From positions 1,357-65,356 of the forward strand of contig JBNLAV010000087.1 in the NCBI GenBank assembly GCA_050302315.1: DNA of 64,000 nt, written 5' to 3'. This stretch comes from Desulfobacteraceae bacterium (lineage in GTDB: Bacteria; Desulfobacterota; Desulfobacteria; Desulfobacterales; Desulfosarcinaceae). The position numbers and the translations under genes are program-made. Within the stretch, counting starts at the first letter, position 1; each line of letters begins with the position of its first letter. The notes beneath the pieces were generated by a model. It was given only the letters and a program-made list of their open reading frames with translations. It was not told the origin of the DNA and did not search any database. This document shows, one piece after another, positions 27,054 to 36,862 of this stretch.

Positions 27054-28136
27054 TCAGGATTTTTTATCGCCGTTCAACGTAGCGGCCATTCTACTACGTT
27101 GTTCGCTTTTTTGCCATAACTTTTGCCAGGCGTAAAACAATGGATTATCGCCTGTTTTCGGTGAAGCCTGAAAGACATCCGCCATGATGGACACGCGATC
27201 TTCTTCTACGTTGAGATAGAGCTTGCGGTATCCGGCCCACTGCTCCTGTGTCCCCCTCTTCAGGATATGGTCGAACAAGAGCACAAAATAGCAGCCGCTG
27301 CGGTAGATGGTGCGCCGCCGCACAACGCTTTCCAGTGCATCCCCGTTGCCTTGTTTCCCGCGACAGCGGCGCCATTGCCGCCACCATCTCATCGAGGGTT
27401 TCGCACCCGTGTCGTAAAAGCGGCAATAATCCTGATAGCCGCCCTTCATCATGGTGTCGTTCCATCGGCGCGCGGTAGACAAAACGCGATCCGCCAGCGA
27501 CCTGGCTCTCTTCTCGGGCCATAAACCGATCCGCTCGACGATGATCACAGGGGTGCGATTCAGGCGGATGTTGCGGGCCAATCGATCGATGACACGGTTC
27601 TCCAACACCACGCAACCGTTGCTGTCCCTGGGCTGAAGTGTTTTGTCGGTACCGTGCAGCCAGATAGCGCTGCCGGTGCGCGCATGGCGCCGGTCCAGTT
27701 CATTGGGATAGTCGAGGGGCAGCGCACGGCTGCCGTAGGTATCGCTCAAAAACTGCTGTTCGATCTGCCGGACGGCAAAGTAAATGCCGTTCGGGGTCTT
27801 TCGGTCTCCCTCCATTTCTTTGGGGCCGGATTGTTTGCCCGTGGAGCAGGCCCATTTGGCGATGGTGCGCCATCTATCCCGGTACCCGTACAATCGCAGC
27901 TGCTGGCGCGCCTTGTCGACGATGACCACGTTCAGCGGCAGGGTGTCTTTCCCCACATCAGGATCGACGTGAACCAGTACATCCGGGATTGCGATTACGG
28001 CGCCGTCGGTGCGCTCCCCGGCCCGTAGGGCCTGCGGCGGAGTTGCGATCAGCCAGACGATCACTCCGATGACACACAGATGCACGCGTGCCATGTTCAG
28101 TGTGCTTTGCGTGGTCTTCATACGATCCCGATCCAT
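27054..28136 (-). CDS. L,D-transpeptidase/carboxypeptidase (YkuD fold) with C-terminal NTF2-like-looking domain (Csd6/Pgp2-like architecture)
   Basis: GDRKTPNGIY..LPLDYPNELD..GSAIWLHGTDK..DSNGCVVLEN is the YkuD catalytic His/Cys motif. Signal-like N-terminus. An alternative ATG lies at 28121. Confidence 0.75.
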   Translation of the reverse strand: MDRDRMKTTQSTLNMARVHLCVIGVIVWLIATPPQALRAGERTDGAVIAIPDVLVHVDPDVGKDTLPLNVVIVDKARQQLRLYGYRDRWRTIAKWACSTGKQSGPKEMEGDRKTPNGIYFAVRQIEQQFLSDTYGSRALPLDYPNELDRRHARTGSAIWLHGTDKTLQPRDSNGCVVLENRVIDRLARNIRLNRTPVIIVERIGLWPEKRARSLADRVLSTARRWNDTMMKGGYQDYCRFYDTGAKPSMRWWRQWRRCRGKQGNGDALESVVRRRTIYRSGCYFVLLFDHILKRGTQEQWAGYRKLYLNVEEDRVSIMADVFQASPKTGDNPLFYAWQKLWQKSEQRSRMAATLNGDKKS

Positions 28137-28158
28137 GATGCGCGGGCGGGAGCCCGGC

Positions 28159-28956
28159 TCATTTCCGACGGGCTTTTACCCGCACGACGGCTCCTTTTTC
28201 CAGGTTGAGCAGGTCTGCCGCGCTGGCCTCCTTGACGGCGATTTCCAGTGTATCGCGGCTGCTCCACAACGCCATGGGCTTGCCGGGTAAGCCCTGGGCG
28301 TAAGTTTGCCGCAAACCGGCGATCTCGGTCTCGCCAACGACAATCCGGGGCTCGCCCGGCCCCACGCCGGTCAAGTCCGTCGCACGGATGTTGGTGAGCA
28401 GGTTTCCAAACCGATCGATGCCGATGACCCGTCCTTCGAGCTCACATGAACTGATCCACCTGGCGTCCAGGTCGTCCAGCGCGACGATGTCCTTCAGCGC
28501 CACGGCAGGCCCGACATCGGCCAGCGGGAACCCGGCCGCCAGATGGGCCGCTACCGGCGCGATAATATCCCGTCCGTGAAAGGTGCCGCTGACCGGATGC
28601 CGGTACAGTTTCTCGTTTTCAACCCGATGGATGACCGGGCTGTCGCTGGTCCGTAAAACAGGCCACAGCAGGCCATTGTCCGGGGCGACGAATCGATGAC
28701 CGCCGGCCTGTGCGCAAATGATGCTGCGCCGGGTTCCCACGCCGGGATCGACAACCGCCGCGTGCACCGTGCCTCCGGGAAAGAAGGGATATGCGGCGTC
28801 CAGCATGTGGGCGGCCCCGGCGATGTCCTGGGGCGCAATGGCGTGGCAGATGTCCACGATTGCGGCCGCGGGGGCGGTTGCGAGGATGACCCCTTTGAGC
28901 ACGCCGACATATTCGTCCCGGAGGCCGAAATCCGTTATCAAGGTCATAATGGTCAT
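28159..28956 (-). CDS. SAM hydroxide adenosyltransferase (DUF62, fluorinase/chlorinase-like)
   Basis: MTLITDFGLRDEYVGVLKGVI..VVDPGVGTRR..APDNGLL is characteristic of the DUF62 family. Confidence 0.8.
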   Translation of the reverse strand: MTIMTLITDFGLRDEYVGVLKGVILATAPAAAIVDICHAIAPQDIAGAAHMLDAAYPFFPGGTVHAAVVDPGVGTRRSIICAQAGGHRFVAPDNGLLWPVLRTSDSPVIHRVENEKLYRHPVSGTFHGRDIIAPVAAHLAAGFPLADVGPAVALKDIVALDDLDARWISSCELEGRVIGIDRFGNLLTNIRATDLTGVGPGEPRIVVGETEIAGLRQTYAQGLPGKPMALWSSRDTLEIAVKEASAADLLNLEKGAVVRVKARRK

Positions 28957-29029
28957 GGCATCCCGTTCAATGGCGCCGGTCCTTACAGGCTGCTGTCACC
29001 GGCCCATTCCCCATCGATACCGACGGACT

Positions 29030-30070
29030 TTAAAAGAGCTTTTCCTGAATGCAATATCCGAGGTGCCGGTACGCGGTCTCGGATGCCTTGCGCCCGGCAG
29101 AGGTCCGGACCACCATGCCGATGTTCAACAGATAGGGCTCCACCACATCCACCAGAGTGTCGGCCTCCTCCTGCAGGGTGGCGGCGATGGCCTCGATCCC
29201 CACAGGACCGCCATGGTAGTAGTCGATGATGGTTTTAAGGTAGCGACGGTCCAGCCGCGTCAATCCTTTTTCATCCACACCTTCCAGGGTCAGGGCCGCT
29301 TCCACGGTTTCCTTGTTGATGCTTCCGTCGGCCCGCACCTGGGTATAATCCCGCACCCGTTTGAGCAAGCGGTTGGTGATCCGCGGCGTGCCCCGCGAAC
29401 GCTGCGCCAGCGAGCGCGCCCCTTCATCGTCCACCGCCACATCCAGTATCTGAGCGGATCGTTTGATGATCTGAACCAGATCTTCCAATCCGTAAAAATC
29501 GAGGTTTCGGAACAACCCGAACCGATCCCGCAACGGCGCCGACAGCAAACCGACGCGCGTGGTGGCGCCCACAAGGGTAAAGCGGTTCAACCGGTAGCGA
29601 TGGCTGCGCGCGTGAATGCCTTTATCGAAAACGAAGTCGACGGCATAGTCCTCCATGGCCGGGTAAAGGAACTCCTCCACCTGCTTCGGCGTCCGGTGGA
29701 TCTCATCGACGAAGAAGACATCGCCTTCTTCCAGATGCGTCAGGATGCCGATCAGGTCGCCCCCCTTTTCAAGCGCCGGTCCGGAGGTAACCGTCAACCG
29801 CCCTCCCATCTCCGTGGCAATGATATGGGCCAGGGTGGTCTTGCCGAGACCGGGCGGGCCGTGAAACAACACGTGCTCGAGCGGTTCCTGGCGTTTCAAG
29901 GCGGCTTCGATGGCAATGGTCAAGGTATCGACCACTTCGCGCTGCCCCACGTATTCGTCCAGCCGCTCGGGCCGCAACGACTGAATGTCCGGCTCTTCGT
30001 CGATGTCGAGGCAGTCCCGGTCAATGATGCCTGTGGTTCCCGGGCGATGCAGTTTGATCTTGTCACTCAT
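29030..30070 (-). CDS. ruvB: Holliday junction branch-migration helicase RuvB
   Basis: [40 protein letters not shown]. Confidence 0.97.
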   Translation of the reverse strand: MSDKIKLHRPGTTGIIDRDCLDIDEEPDIQSLRPERLDEYVGQREVVDTLTIAIEAALKRQEPLEHVLFHGPPGLGKTTLAHIIATEMGGRLTVTSGPALEKGGDLIGILTHLEEGDVFFVDEIHRTPKQVEEFLYPAMEDYAVDFVFDKGIHARSHRYRLNRFTLVGATTRVGLLSAPLRDRFGLFRNLDFYGLEDLVQIIKRSAQILDVAVDDEGARSLAQRSRGTPRITNRLLKRVRDYTQVRADGSINKETVEAALTLEGVDEKGLTRLDRRYLKTIIDYYHGGPVGIEAIAATLQEEADTLVDVVEPYLLNIGMVVRTSAGRKASETAYRHLGYCIQEKLF

Positions 30071-30084
30071 GGGGCTTACCTTTT

Positions 30085-30699
30085 TTAGGGCCGCTCGCCT
30101 TTGTAGACTTCATCGAACAGCGCTTCCGGCGTTGCGATATCGGGCTTTCGCTCCAGGGCCTGGGCGACCATGCGTTTGGCGTCCGCCGGCCGGTGTCCGA
30201 GCTGGTTGACCAGAACGTCCAATACCGGTTGCGCCACGTCTTGTTCTTCTACCCGAGAAACGGCGTCGGCTTTTCGGATCAGGGCGAATTTGGTGGCTTT
30301 TCCCTGCAGGGTGGCCACTATTTTCTGGGCGGTCCGCGCGCCGATGCCTTTGAGCCCCTTGAGCAGGGCCACATCTCCCAGCTCGATGGCATTGGCGATG
30401 TCCCGGATGGGGACATGCAGCGCTTTGACCGCCTTCATGGGGCCGATGGCTTCCACCGTAATGAACAGCTGAAAAAACGCTTTTTCAGCCTCGAGATTGA
30501 ATCCGATCAGCACCGGTTTCGGTTGCCGTTCGGTCATGTGGTAGTAAATATAAAACGCCGCCTCATCTCCGACCTGTTTGCCCTCCAGGGTCTGCCGGAC
30601 AAACGCGGGACAGATCACCTCGTAGCCCACATGGTTCACCAGCAGGAGGATTCTCTCTTCTTCGATGTTGAGCAGGCGGCCCTCTAAATATCCAATCAT
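30085..30699 (-). CDS. ruvA: Holliday junction DNA-binding protein RuvA
   Basis: ATG at 30699 gives [10 protein letters not shown]. HhH motifs [16 protein letters not shown]. Confidence 0.93.
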   Translation of the reverse strand: MIGYLEGRLLNIEEERILLLVNHVGYEVICPAFVRQTLEGKQVGDEAAFYIYYHMTERQPKPVLIGFNLEAEKAFFQLFITVEAIGPMKAVKALHVPIRDIANAIELGDVALLKGLKGIGARTAQKIVATLQGKATKFALIRKADAVSRVEEQDVAQPVLDVLVNQLGHRPADAKRMVAQALERKPDIATPEALFDEVYKGERP

Positions 30700-30770
30700 T
30701 GCGCCCTGGCTTCGGTTCACCGGCGCAGCATATGCGCTTGCGGTGCATCCGTTTCTTTGATTTTGGTTGC

Positions 30771-30806
30771 ATCGAAATCCAAATCGGGATCGGGATCGAA
30801 ATCGAT
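30771..30806. repeat. Six tandem hexamers (ATCGRR)n in the ruvA-ruvC spacer
   Basis: atcgaa atccaa atcggg atcggg atcgaa atcgat. Confidence 0.8.
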
Positions 30807-30816
30807 CAGGATTATC

Positions 30817-31308
30817 CTAAATCTGTGCGTGAGCATATCGAAACAGCCCTATTATCGCAAGCCCCAAGGCGTCTGAAGCGTGATAGGGGTGGATGGCCTC
30901 CGGACATTTGAGGGTGCGCCGGACGGCTTTTTCGAGCTGCTGCTTATCGGCGTTGCCATTGCCGGTAAGGACTTGCTTGGCTTCCCGGACGGGAATTTCG
31001 ATCACACGAATCCCGCTTTGCTCGGCAGCCAGAAGGATGACACCGCATACCTTACCCAGCGTGATACCTGATTTGGGGTATTTCTTGAGGGAGAATACGT
31101 CCTCTACGACAATAAGATCAGGGGATTCGCGCTTGAACAGGTCTGAGATGCTGGAATAGATTTTTTCCAGCCGGTGAGGGGTCGACGCCTCCTGTCCGGT
31201 CTGGATGACACCGTAGGCGAAGTCTTCGATGGTGTGGCGGTTGCCGGAGACGATACCAATGCCGGTTGCCGCCAGTCCGGGGTCGATACCGATCAGTTTG
31301 CGCGCCAT
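30817..31308 (-). CDS. ruvC: Holliday junction resolvase RuvC
   Basis: MARKLIGIDPGLAATGIGIV..VVEDVF..ASDALGLAI. Confidence 0.95.
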   Translation of the reverse strand: MARKLIGIDPGLAATGIGIVSGNRHTIEDFAYGVIQTGQEASTPHRLEKIYSSISDLFKRESPDLIVVEDVFSLKKYPKSGITLGKVCGVILLAAEQSGIRVIEIPVREAKQVLTGNGNADKQQLEKAVRRTLKCPEAIHPYHASDALGLAIIGLFRYAHAQI

Positions 31309-31321
31309 TGGCCTGTGTGGG

Positions 31322-32179
31322 TTAAAACTCTTTCAGTTTTTTGGCAGCGATTTCAGATTCCGGTGCCTTGGGGTACTTCTTCACCAGCTCTTGGAGTATC
31401 AGGCGGGCACTCGATTTTTCGTTGATCTGCAATAGCGCCAATCCTTGTTTCAGCATCGCCGCCGGGACCTTGTTGCCTTTGGGGTATTTTTCGAGGACCG
31501 TCTGATATTCCAGGATGGCACGCTCGTACCACTTTTCCCGGTAATAGCTCTCTCCGATCCAGAACTGGGCGTTGTCCGCGTTCCCCGACTTGGGATATTT
31601 CTGGATCAGTTGCTTGAACTGCTGGCGGGCCTTGTCCCATTCGCCATTGTCGTATGCCTGGCGTCCCGTTTCATAGATGGCTTTCTCGTCGTCGGCCGGT
31701 GCATCCGTTTTGGCTGCATCCGGCTGGTCGCCGGCAGGGACGCGCGGTCGACCGCTTTTACTTTCGACATTCAGGTATTGTTCCAGCTGGATGAGGCGCT
31801 GATCCATCTTGGCCACCGAGAGACCCATTTCATCCAACCGTTCGGCGTTCTTTTTATCGGTGTCGGAGACTTTTCGGTTGATCAAATACTCCAGCTCTTC
31901 CACGCGTCCCCTGAGCAACCGCACTTCCTGCTGCAGGCCCTCCATGTTGGCGTTCATCCCGGCCACCTGGGTGCGCAGATTCCGCTCGCTGCTCTTGCTG
32001 GTTTTCCCGAAGGCGTCGAGGTCGCTCTTCATTTGCTTCTGGAGTTCCATGTTCTGGACCTCGAGGGCCAATAGCCGATCTTCCATCAGGACCATGTCTT
32101 GTTGCAGGGCGACACAGCCGTTCAGGAGAAACAGGCAACTGCATAAGGTCAAAATGGATAATCTCATGGCGGCACACAT
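31322..32179 (-). CDS. cpoB: Tol-Pal system protein CpoB/YbgF (coiled coil plus TPR)
   Basis: Lipoprotein-like signal LFLLNGC, an N-terminal coiled coil and a C-terminal TPR (AQFWIGESYYREKWYERAILEYQTVLEKYPK). Positioned after pal. An alternative ATG lies at 32167. Confidence 0.85.
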   Translation of the reverse strand: MCAAMRLSILTLCSCLFLLNGCVALQQDMVLMEDRLLALEVQNMELQKQMKSDLDAFGKTSKSSERNLRTQVAGMNANMEGLQQEVRLLRGRVEELEYLINRKVSDTDKKNAERLDEMGLSVAKMDQRLIQLEQYLNVESKSGRPRVPAGDQPDAAKTDAPADDEKAIYETGRQAYDNGEWDKARQQFKQLIQKYPKSGNADNAQFWIGESYYREKWYERAILEYQTVLEKYPKGNKVPAAMLKQGLALLQINEKSSARLILQELVKKYPKAPESEIAAKKLKEF

Positions 32180-32287
32180 GCTTTGGGGTTGTTGTTGAGC
32201 GCGCTGGCGAGTGAGGCAATAGAAGCGTCAAAGCCTGCCGGGCGGAACTCCGCCCGGCAGGCCGAACCGATTGAGTCGATCGAAACC

Positions 32288-32845
32288 TTAGTTGATTTCG
32301 AAGTGGGCGCGTCTGTTCTTGGCCCAGGAGGCTTCGTTTTTGCCCATATCGACCGGACGTTCTTCACCATAGCTGATGGTGGTGATCTGGGATGGATTGA
32401 CGCCCAGATTCGTCAGGAATGCCTTGGCCGCTTCGGCACGACGCTCACCCAGCGCCATGTTGTAGGCGTCGGTTCCGCGCTCGTCGCAATGGCCTTCGAT
32501 GGTCACGCTCAGGCCGGACATGGCCAGCATGTACCCGGCTTTCTTGCTCAGCATATCTTGAGCTGCGGGCAGCAGTGAGGCGCTGTCGAATTCGAAATAG
32601 ATGTCTTCGTTGGTGAATGCTTCCCTGGCTGCAGCGCGGGCACGCTCCTCTTCTTCGGCTTTAATGCGTTCTGCTTCCATCCGTGCCTTTTCGGCGGCAT
32701 CGTCATCTGCCGTATCGGTGGAAGTCGGTTCAGGCTGGGTCGTCGACTGTCCGGAGTCGACTGCCTGCTTAGCGCAAGAAGTAGCGAAAAGCATCGCGGG
32801 CACTACGATTAACAGAGCCAACACCATCCAGATATGTTTCCTCAT
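32288..32845 (-). CDS. pal: Peptidoglycan-associated lipoprotein Pal (OmpA-like)
   Basis: Lipobox MLFATSCA. OmpA-like IYFEFDSASL..IEGHCDERGTDAYNMALGERRA. Confidence 0.93.
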   Translation of the reverse strand: MRKHIWMVLALLIVVPAMLFATSCAKQAVDSGQSTTQPEPTSTDTADDDAAEKARMEAERIKAEEEERARAAAREAFTNEDIYFEFDSASLLPAAQDMLSKKAGYMLAMSGLSVTIEGHCDERGTDAYNMALGERRAEAAKAFLTNLGVNPSQITTISYGEERPVDMGKNEASWAKNRRAHFEIN

Positions 32846-32876
32846 TTTTTCCTCCTTTTTAGGGTACCGCTCAATC

Positions 32877-34202
32877 TTATTGCGGAATATTGGGTGACCA
32901 CCTGGGATGGAATTGCTCGCCGGGCATCGACAACAGGCGGCGTTGATCCGTTCCGTAAGCAGTCATTACATAAATACGCGATTTTCCCTCACGGGTGGTA
33001 CTGAACGCTATCAGGCTTCCATCAGGCGACCACGAAGGCGCCTCATTGTCGCCCTGGTTGAAGGTTAGCTGGATCGGGTCGTTCCCCTCGATATCAATCA
33101 CAAAAATGTTGATCTCTCCCTGGGCCATGGACGAATAAGCGATCATGTTGCCTTTAGGAGACCAGTTGGGTTGGGTGTTGTAATTTCCCTCAAAGGTCAG
33201 TCGCATTACACGCCCCGAGTCTATCTCTTTGATGTAGATTTGGGGTCTGCCTGACCGCTTGGAGACAAAGGCAATTTTTTTGCCGTCCGGTGACCAGGCC
33301 GCATCGACATCGATGCCTCGACTTTTGGTCAATCTTTTAATCATTTTGCCTTTTCCGGTCAACAGATAAATTTCCTGGTCACCGCCATGCGACAGTGTCG
33401 CCGTTAGTTCGAATCTGTTGGGAACCCATGCAGGGGCGATCTGCACGCCTTTGTAACGGACCCGGTTCTCCACGTTCGTTTTCAGGTCCTTGATGACAAC
33501 CTGGACCGGCCCGCGGTCAAAGGAGGTAAAGGCCAGGTACCGTCCATTGGATGACCATGCGGGAAAGGAGCTGATGCTGCGTTTCTGGGTCACCTGGCGA
33601 ATATGTTTTCCGTCAAATTCACACCTGAAGATCTCCTTGTTGCCGGTTCCGTTGGATACGAAGGCCATCTGACTGTTGAAAAACCCGGGTTGACCGGTGA
33701 GCGCCAGAAGCACTTCGGAACAAAACCGTTTCACCGCTTCACGGCGGTCCTCTACGCTTCCGCGGTATCGCTTGCCGATCAACAACTTGGCTTTAAAGGT
33801 GTCGAACAGCCGGAGTTCGGAGACCAGTTGCCCGCCCTCCATGCGCACGCCGCCGGTAATGAGCAGTTCAGCGCCCACCGTGGTCCAATTCCGGAAATTA
33901 ATGGTCGCCTGGGTAATGCCGGACCCCTGCGGGTCGTGCAGAAAGCTCCCCCTGTCAAGCATCTTGAAGTAGCCGCTGAAGGCCAACATTTCCTGGAGCT
34001 CATTCGAGAAAGGAACGACCTGCTCCATTTCGGAGGGATGCCTGGTCATGGACTGAAAAACGGGAATCGCCATGGGAATCTTTCGCAGGAACGGATTCGT
34101 CAGGTCAATGTACTTCAGATCGGCGTTCGCCGCCCGGGGGGCCTGAACCAGGATCAGCAGGCACACCGACAGAGCCAACAATCGTGCAATTTTAATCGTC
34201 AT
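32877..34202 (-). CDS. tolB: Tol-Pal system beta-propeller protein TolB
   Basis: ATG at 34202 gives signal MTIKIARLLALSVCLLILVQAPRAANA. Repeated PAWSPDG/PSWSPDG propeller motifs. The 73 upstream codons of the tracked ORF are unsupported. Confidence 0.93.
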   Translation of the reverse strand: MTIKIARLLALSVCLLILVQAPRAANADLKYIDLTNPFLRKIPMAIPVFQSMTRHPSEMEQVVPFSNELQEMLAFSGYFKMLDRGSFLHDPQGSGITQATINFRNWTTVGAELLITGGVRMEGGQLVSELRLFDTFKAKLLIGKRYRGSVEDRREAVKRFCSEVLLALTGQPGFFNSQMAFVSNGTGNKEIFRCEFDGKHIRQVTQKRSISSFPAWSSNGRYLAFTSFDRGPVQVVIKDLKTNVENRVRYKGVQIAPAWVPNRFELTATLSHGGDQEIYLLTGKGKMIKRLTKSRGIDVDAAWSPDGKKIAFVSKRSGRPQIYIKEIDSGRVMRLTFEGNYNTQPNWSPKGNMIAYSSMAQGEINIFVIDIEGNDPIQLTFNQGDNEAPSWSPDGSLIAFSTTREGKSRIYVMTAYGTDQRRLLSMPGEQFHPRWSPNIPQ

Positions 34203-34263
34203 CTTCCATTCCATCCAAATCTTATATGACTGCGATGCCGGCCTGCCGACCGGCACGGCCGAT

Positions 34264-35127
34264 CTAATGCACCCCTTCCGGCGTAAACCGCAATCCCATT
34301 TCCACATAGGGCCTGGACAGCTTTTCCGGATGCGGCTGTACCGGGCTCGACTTTTGAATCGCTTTAAGTGCGGAATCATCCAGATATTGATTGCCGGATC
34401 GATCGGTGAAAAAGACGTCAACGATCGTACCGTCCGGCATCACTTTGAAGGCGATGCTGGCCATCAACTTTTGCCCGCCTCCGGACAATTGCTCGGCATA
34501 GGCCCAGTTTTTGTTGATCGCATATGCGACTTCCAGCCTGTAGAGATCGATCATCTCGATTTCTTTCCGGGTGCCGCGTCCGAACACGCCGCTTTTTCCG
34601 ACTTTGTCGCTCTGGGTCTGGGCGCCTCCCGCAGGACCGGGCCGCCCTTCCTTGGCCACCTTCTCCCTTAGCTTTTTGATGGTGTCCTCCAACGGCTTGG
34701 GCGGTTGGGCCTGCAACTGCTTTTCGACGCGTTTGAGGGCGTTTTTGACAACCTTTTTTGTTTTGAAGGTTTTGTATTTCAGCGCCTTCTTGGTTGACTT
34801 TCGGGGTTTGGCAACCGAAACCTCGGGCTTGACTTCCGAGTTGCTTTCCAGTACCGGCGCCTCGGAAGCCTCACTCTTCTTCTCCTCTACCACAGGGGCT
34901 TCTTCCTTCGGAGCGACCTCCTTGCTGGCAGGCGCCGCCCCCACGTCGGACAGATCGACCATCTGTACGTCGATCACCTGCGGCAGGTAGCTGGACTCCG
35001 AGTCCCATGAAGGCGTCCAGATAATGGCCACCAGCAGGACAAAATGCGCGGTAAAGGAGATAGCGAACGGCCAGAAATGCGGTCCGCCGCGACTTTTTGC
35101 CGCATATGACAGGGTAGGTGCGTTCAT
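34264..35127 (-). CDS. tolA: TolA/TonB-family energy-transducer protein
   Basis: N-terminal TM, a charged Lys/Glu/Pro-rich linker and a C-terminal TonB_C-like domain (FKVMPDGTIVDVFFTDRSGNQYLDDSALKAI). Sits between tolR and tolB. Confidence 0.8.
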   Translation of the reverse strand: MNAPTLSYAAKSRGGPHFWPFAISFTAHFVLLVAIIWTPSWDSESSYLPQVIDVQMVDLSDVGAAPASKEVAPKEEAPVVEEKKSEASEAPVLESNSEVKPEVSVAKPRKSTKKALKYKTFKTKKVVKNALKRVEKQLQAQPPKPLEDTIKKLREKVAKEGRPGPAGGAQTQSDKVGKSGVFGRGTRKEIEMIDLYRLEVAYAINKNWAYAEQLSGGGQKLMASIAFKVMPDGTIVDVFFTDRSGNQYLDDSALKAIQKSSPVQPHPEKLSRPYVEMGLRFTPEGVH

Positions 35128-35134
35128 CTTGCGT

Positions 35135-35566
35135 TTATTGCCGGCGCCTTTTGCGCTGTTCCTCTTCCATTGGAACCGTCACCATGCCGATCTTGGTTAC
35201 GCCGGCGCCCTTGATTTCTGCCAGCACCCTGACCGCGACCCCGTATGGAACCGCCTGGTCGCCTCTGAAATAAACTTCCCGGTCGGCCCGGTTTTCTAAA
35301 ATCTTCTTCAGTTTCTCGCGCAGGTAATCGATTTCAACGGCAAAATCATTGATGTGCACCTGCTGGTCCTGATCGATGGTGACGATCAGGTTCTCTTTTT
35401 GGGATGTCAGCGGCTTTGCCGTGGCTTCCGGCAGCGACACATCCACTCCCTGCATCATCATGGGCGCCGTCACCATGAAAATGATGAGCAGCACCAGCAT
35501 GACATCGACAAAGGGGGTGACGTTGATATCCGACATCAACCGGTCGGTATTGGATTCAATGGCCAT
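35135..35566 (-). CDS. tolR: Biopolymer transport protein TolR/ExbD
   Basis: INVTPFVDVMLVLLIIFMVTAP motif. 143 aa. Confidence 0.9.
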   Translation of the reverse strand: MAIESNTDRLMSDINVTPFVDVMLVLLIIFMVTAPMMMQGVDVSLPEATAKPLTSQKENLIVTIDQDQQVHINDFAVEIDYLREKLKKILENRADREVYFRGDQAVPYGVAVRVLAEIKGAGVTKIGMVTVPMEEEQRKRRRQ

Positions 35567-35568
35567 GA

Positions 35569-36297
35569 TCAGGATCCTTTGGTCGGCAGAATATCGCGTT
35601 CAATGATGTTCAGGAAATCAGCCGAAAAGCTGATCAATTCAGATTCAACCACCCTGATTTTCTGCATAAAATGATTGAAGGCGATTACGGCGGGAATGGC
35701 CACGGCCAGACCGGCTGCGGTGGCCACCAGCGCTTCCGATATACCGGGTGCCACGACGGCCAGACTGGCAGATCCGCGTTCGCCGATGCCGTGGAAGGAG
35801 TTCATGATACCCCAGACGGTGCCGAACAAACCGATGAACGGCGCTGTGTTGCCGGTGGTGGCCAGAAACGGCACCATTTGGGTCATCCGGGTGGTTTCGG
35901 TGTTGATGGCGCGGCGCAAGGCGCGTTTCACGTTTTCGGCGCCGGATATGCGCCCTTTGAGCTCATTGGCGCCTTTGGGCGCCGCCGGTCCGTCGCCATG
36001 TGTGCCGCCGGGTTGGCTGACCCTTTTGAGCTCGACATAACCGATGCGAAAAATCCTTGCGATGGGGCATCCGGCCAGCTGTTTGGCCTTGGTGTAGGCG
36101 CTGGCGAGGTCCCGGCTCTTCCAGAAATACTCGATGAACCGGTTGGACTCCCGGTAGGCCTTGCGAATATATCGCCATTTGATGATGATGATCGCCCATG
36201 AGGTTACTGAAAAAAACAGCAACAGCAGCAGCACGAAACGCACCATCATGCCGGCATTTCCCAGAAGTTGAATGAGATCAATCTCGGATTGGGTCAT
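35569..36297 (-). CDS. tolQ: Proton-channel protein TolQ/ExbB (MotA/TolQ/ExbB family)
   Basis: LATTGNTAPFIGLFGTVWGIM..APGISEALVATAAGLAVAIPA. Confidence 0.92.
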   Translation of the reverse strand: MTQSEIDLIQLLGNAGMMVRFVLLLLLFFSVTSWAIIIIKWRYIRKAYRESNRFIEYFWKSRDLASAYTKAKQLAGCPIARIFRIGYVELKRVSQPGGTHGDGPAAPKGANELKGRISGAENVKRALRRAINTETTRMTQMVPFLATTGNTAPFIGLFGTVWGIMNSFHGIGERGSASLAVVAPGISEALVATAAGLAVAIPAVIAFNHFMQKIRVVESELISFSADFLNIIERDILPTKGS

Positions 36298-36862
36298 CGC
36301 TTTGTTCTCCTAACCAGATATGACTTGCAGCTGTGTTCGCCTTTGACCTTGGCTTATTTATTCTGATTTGATCATGTAGCCGGGATAACGCATCTTCAGG
36401 GTGTGCAAAGGGTTTAGCTGGCTGCAAATCCTTTTGTAAGGATTAGGTGCGCTCGCACCGTGGACAAGCTATCGCGAACGGCGATAGGAATTGTGGATTC
36501 AGTTCGCGACCAAACCTATACAAACCCGTGCTCATTGTCAAGCGGATTACTTCCGCATACCGACGAAATGTTGCTCCTTGCATACCACATATAGTAAGCT
36601 TTTAAAAGCTCTATACCCTCTATTGTATACAGTCCACTGCACGCCGCAGACGTTGCCGCCACAGCGGCGTCGGTTCGCCAACGCGGCAACGATGGCGTCA
36701 TAAGGAAAAGTTCAGATTGCTGCCGGCCGCCGACAATGGATGACTTTCCTGCGCCGCTCTGGTAGGGTGACGCTGCCGGTCCCGTACCGTCGAAGCGGAT
36801 GGGCCCGTTGGACGCCTGAAAGTGGCCGTATGCCGTTATAGCCCTGTCGCCAAGGAGTGCCG

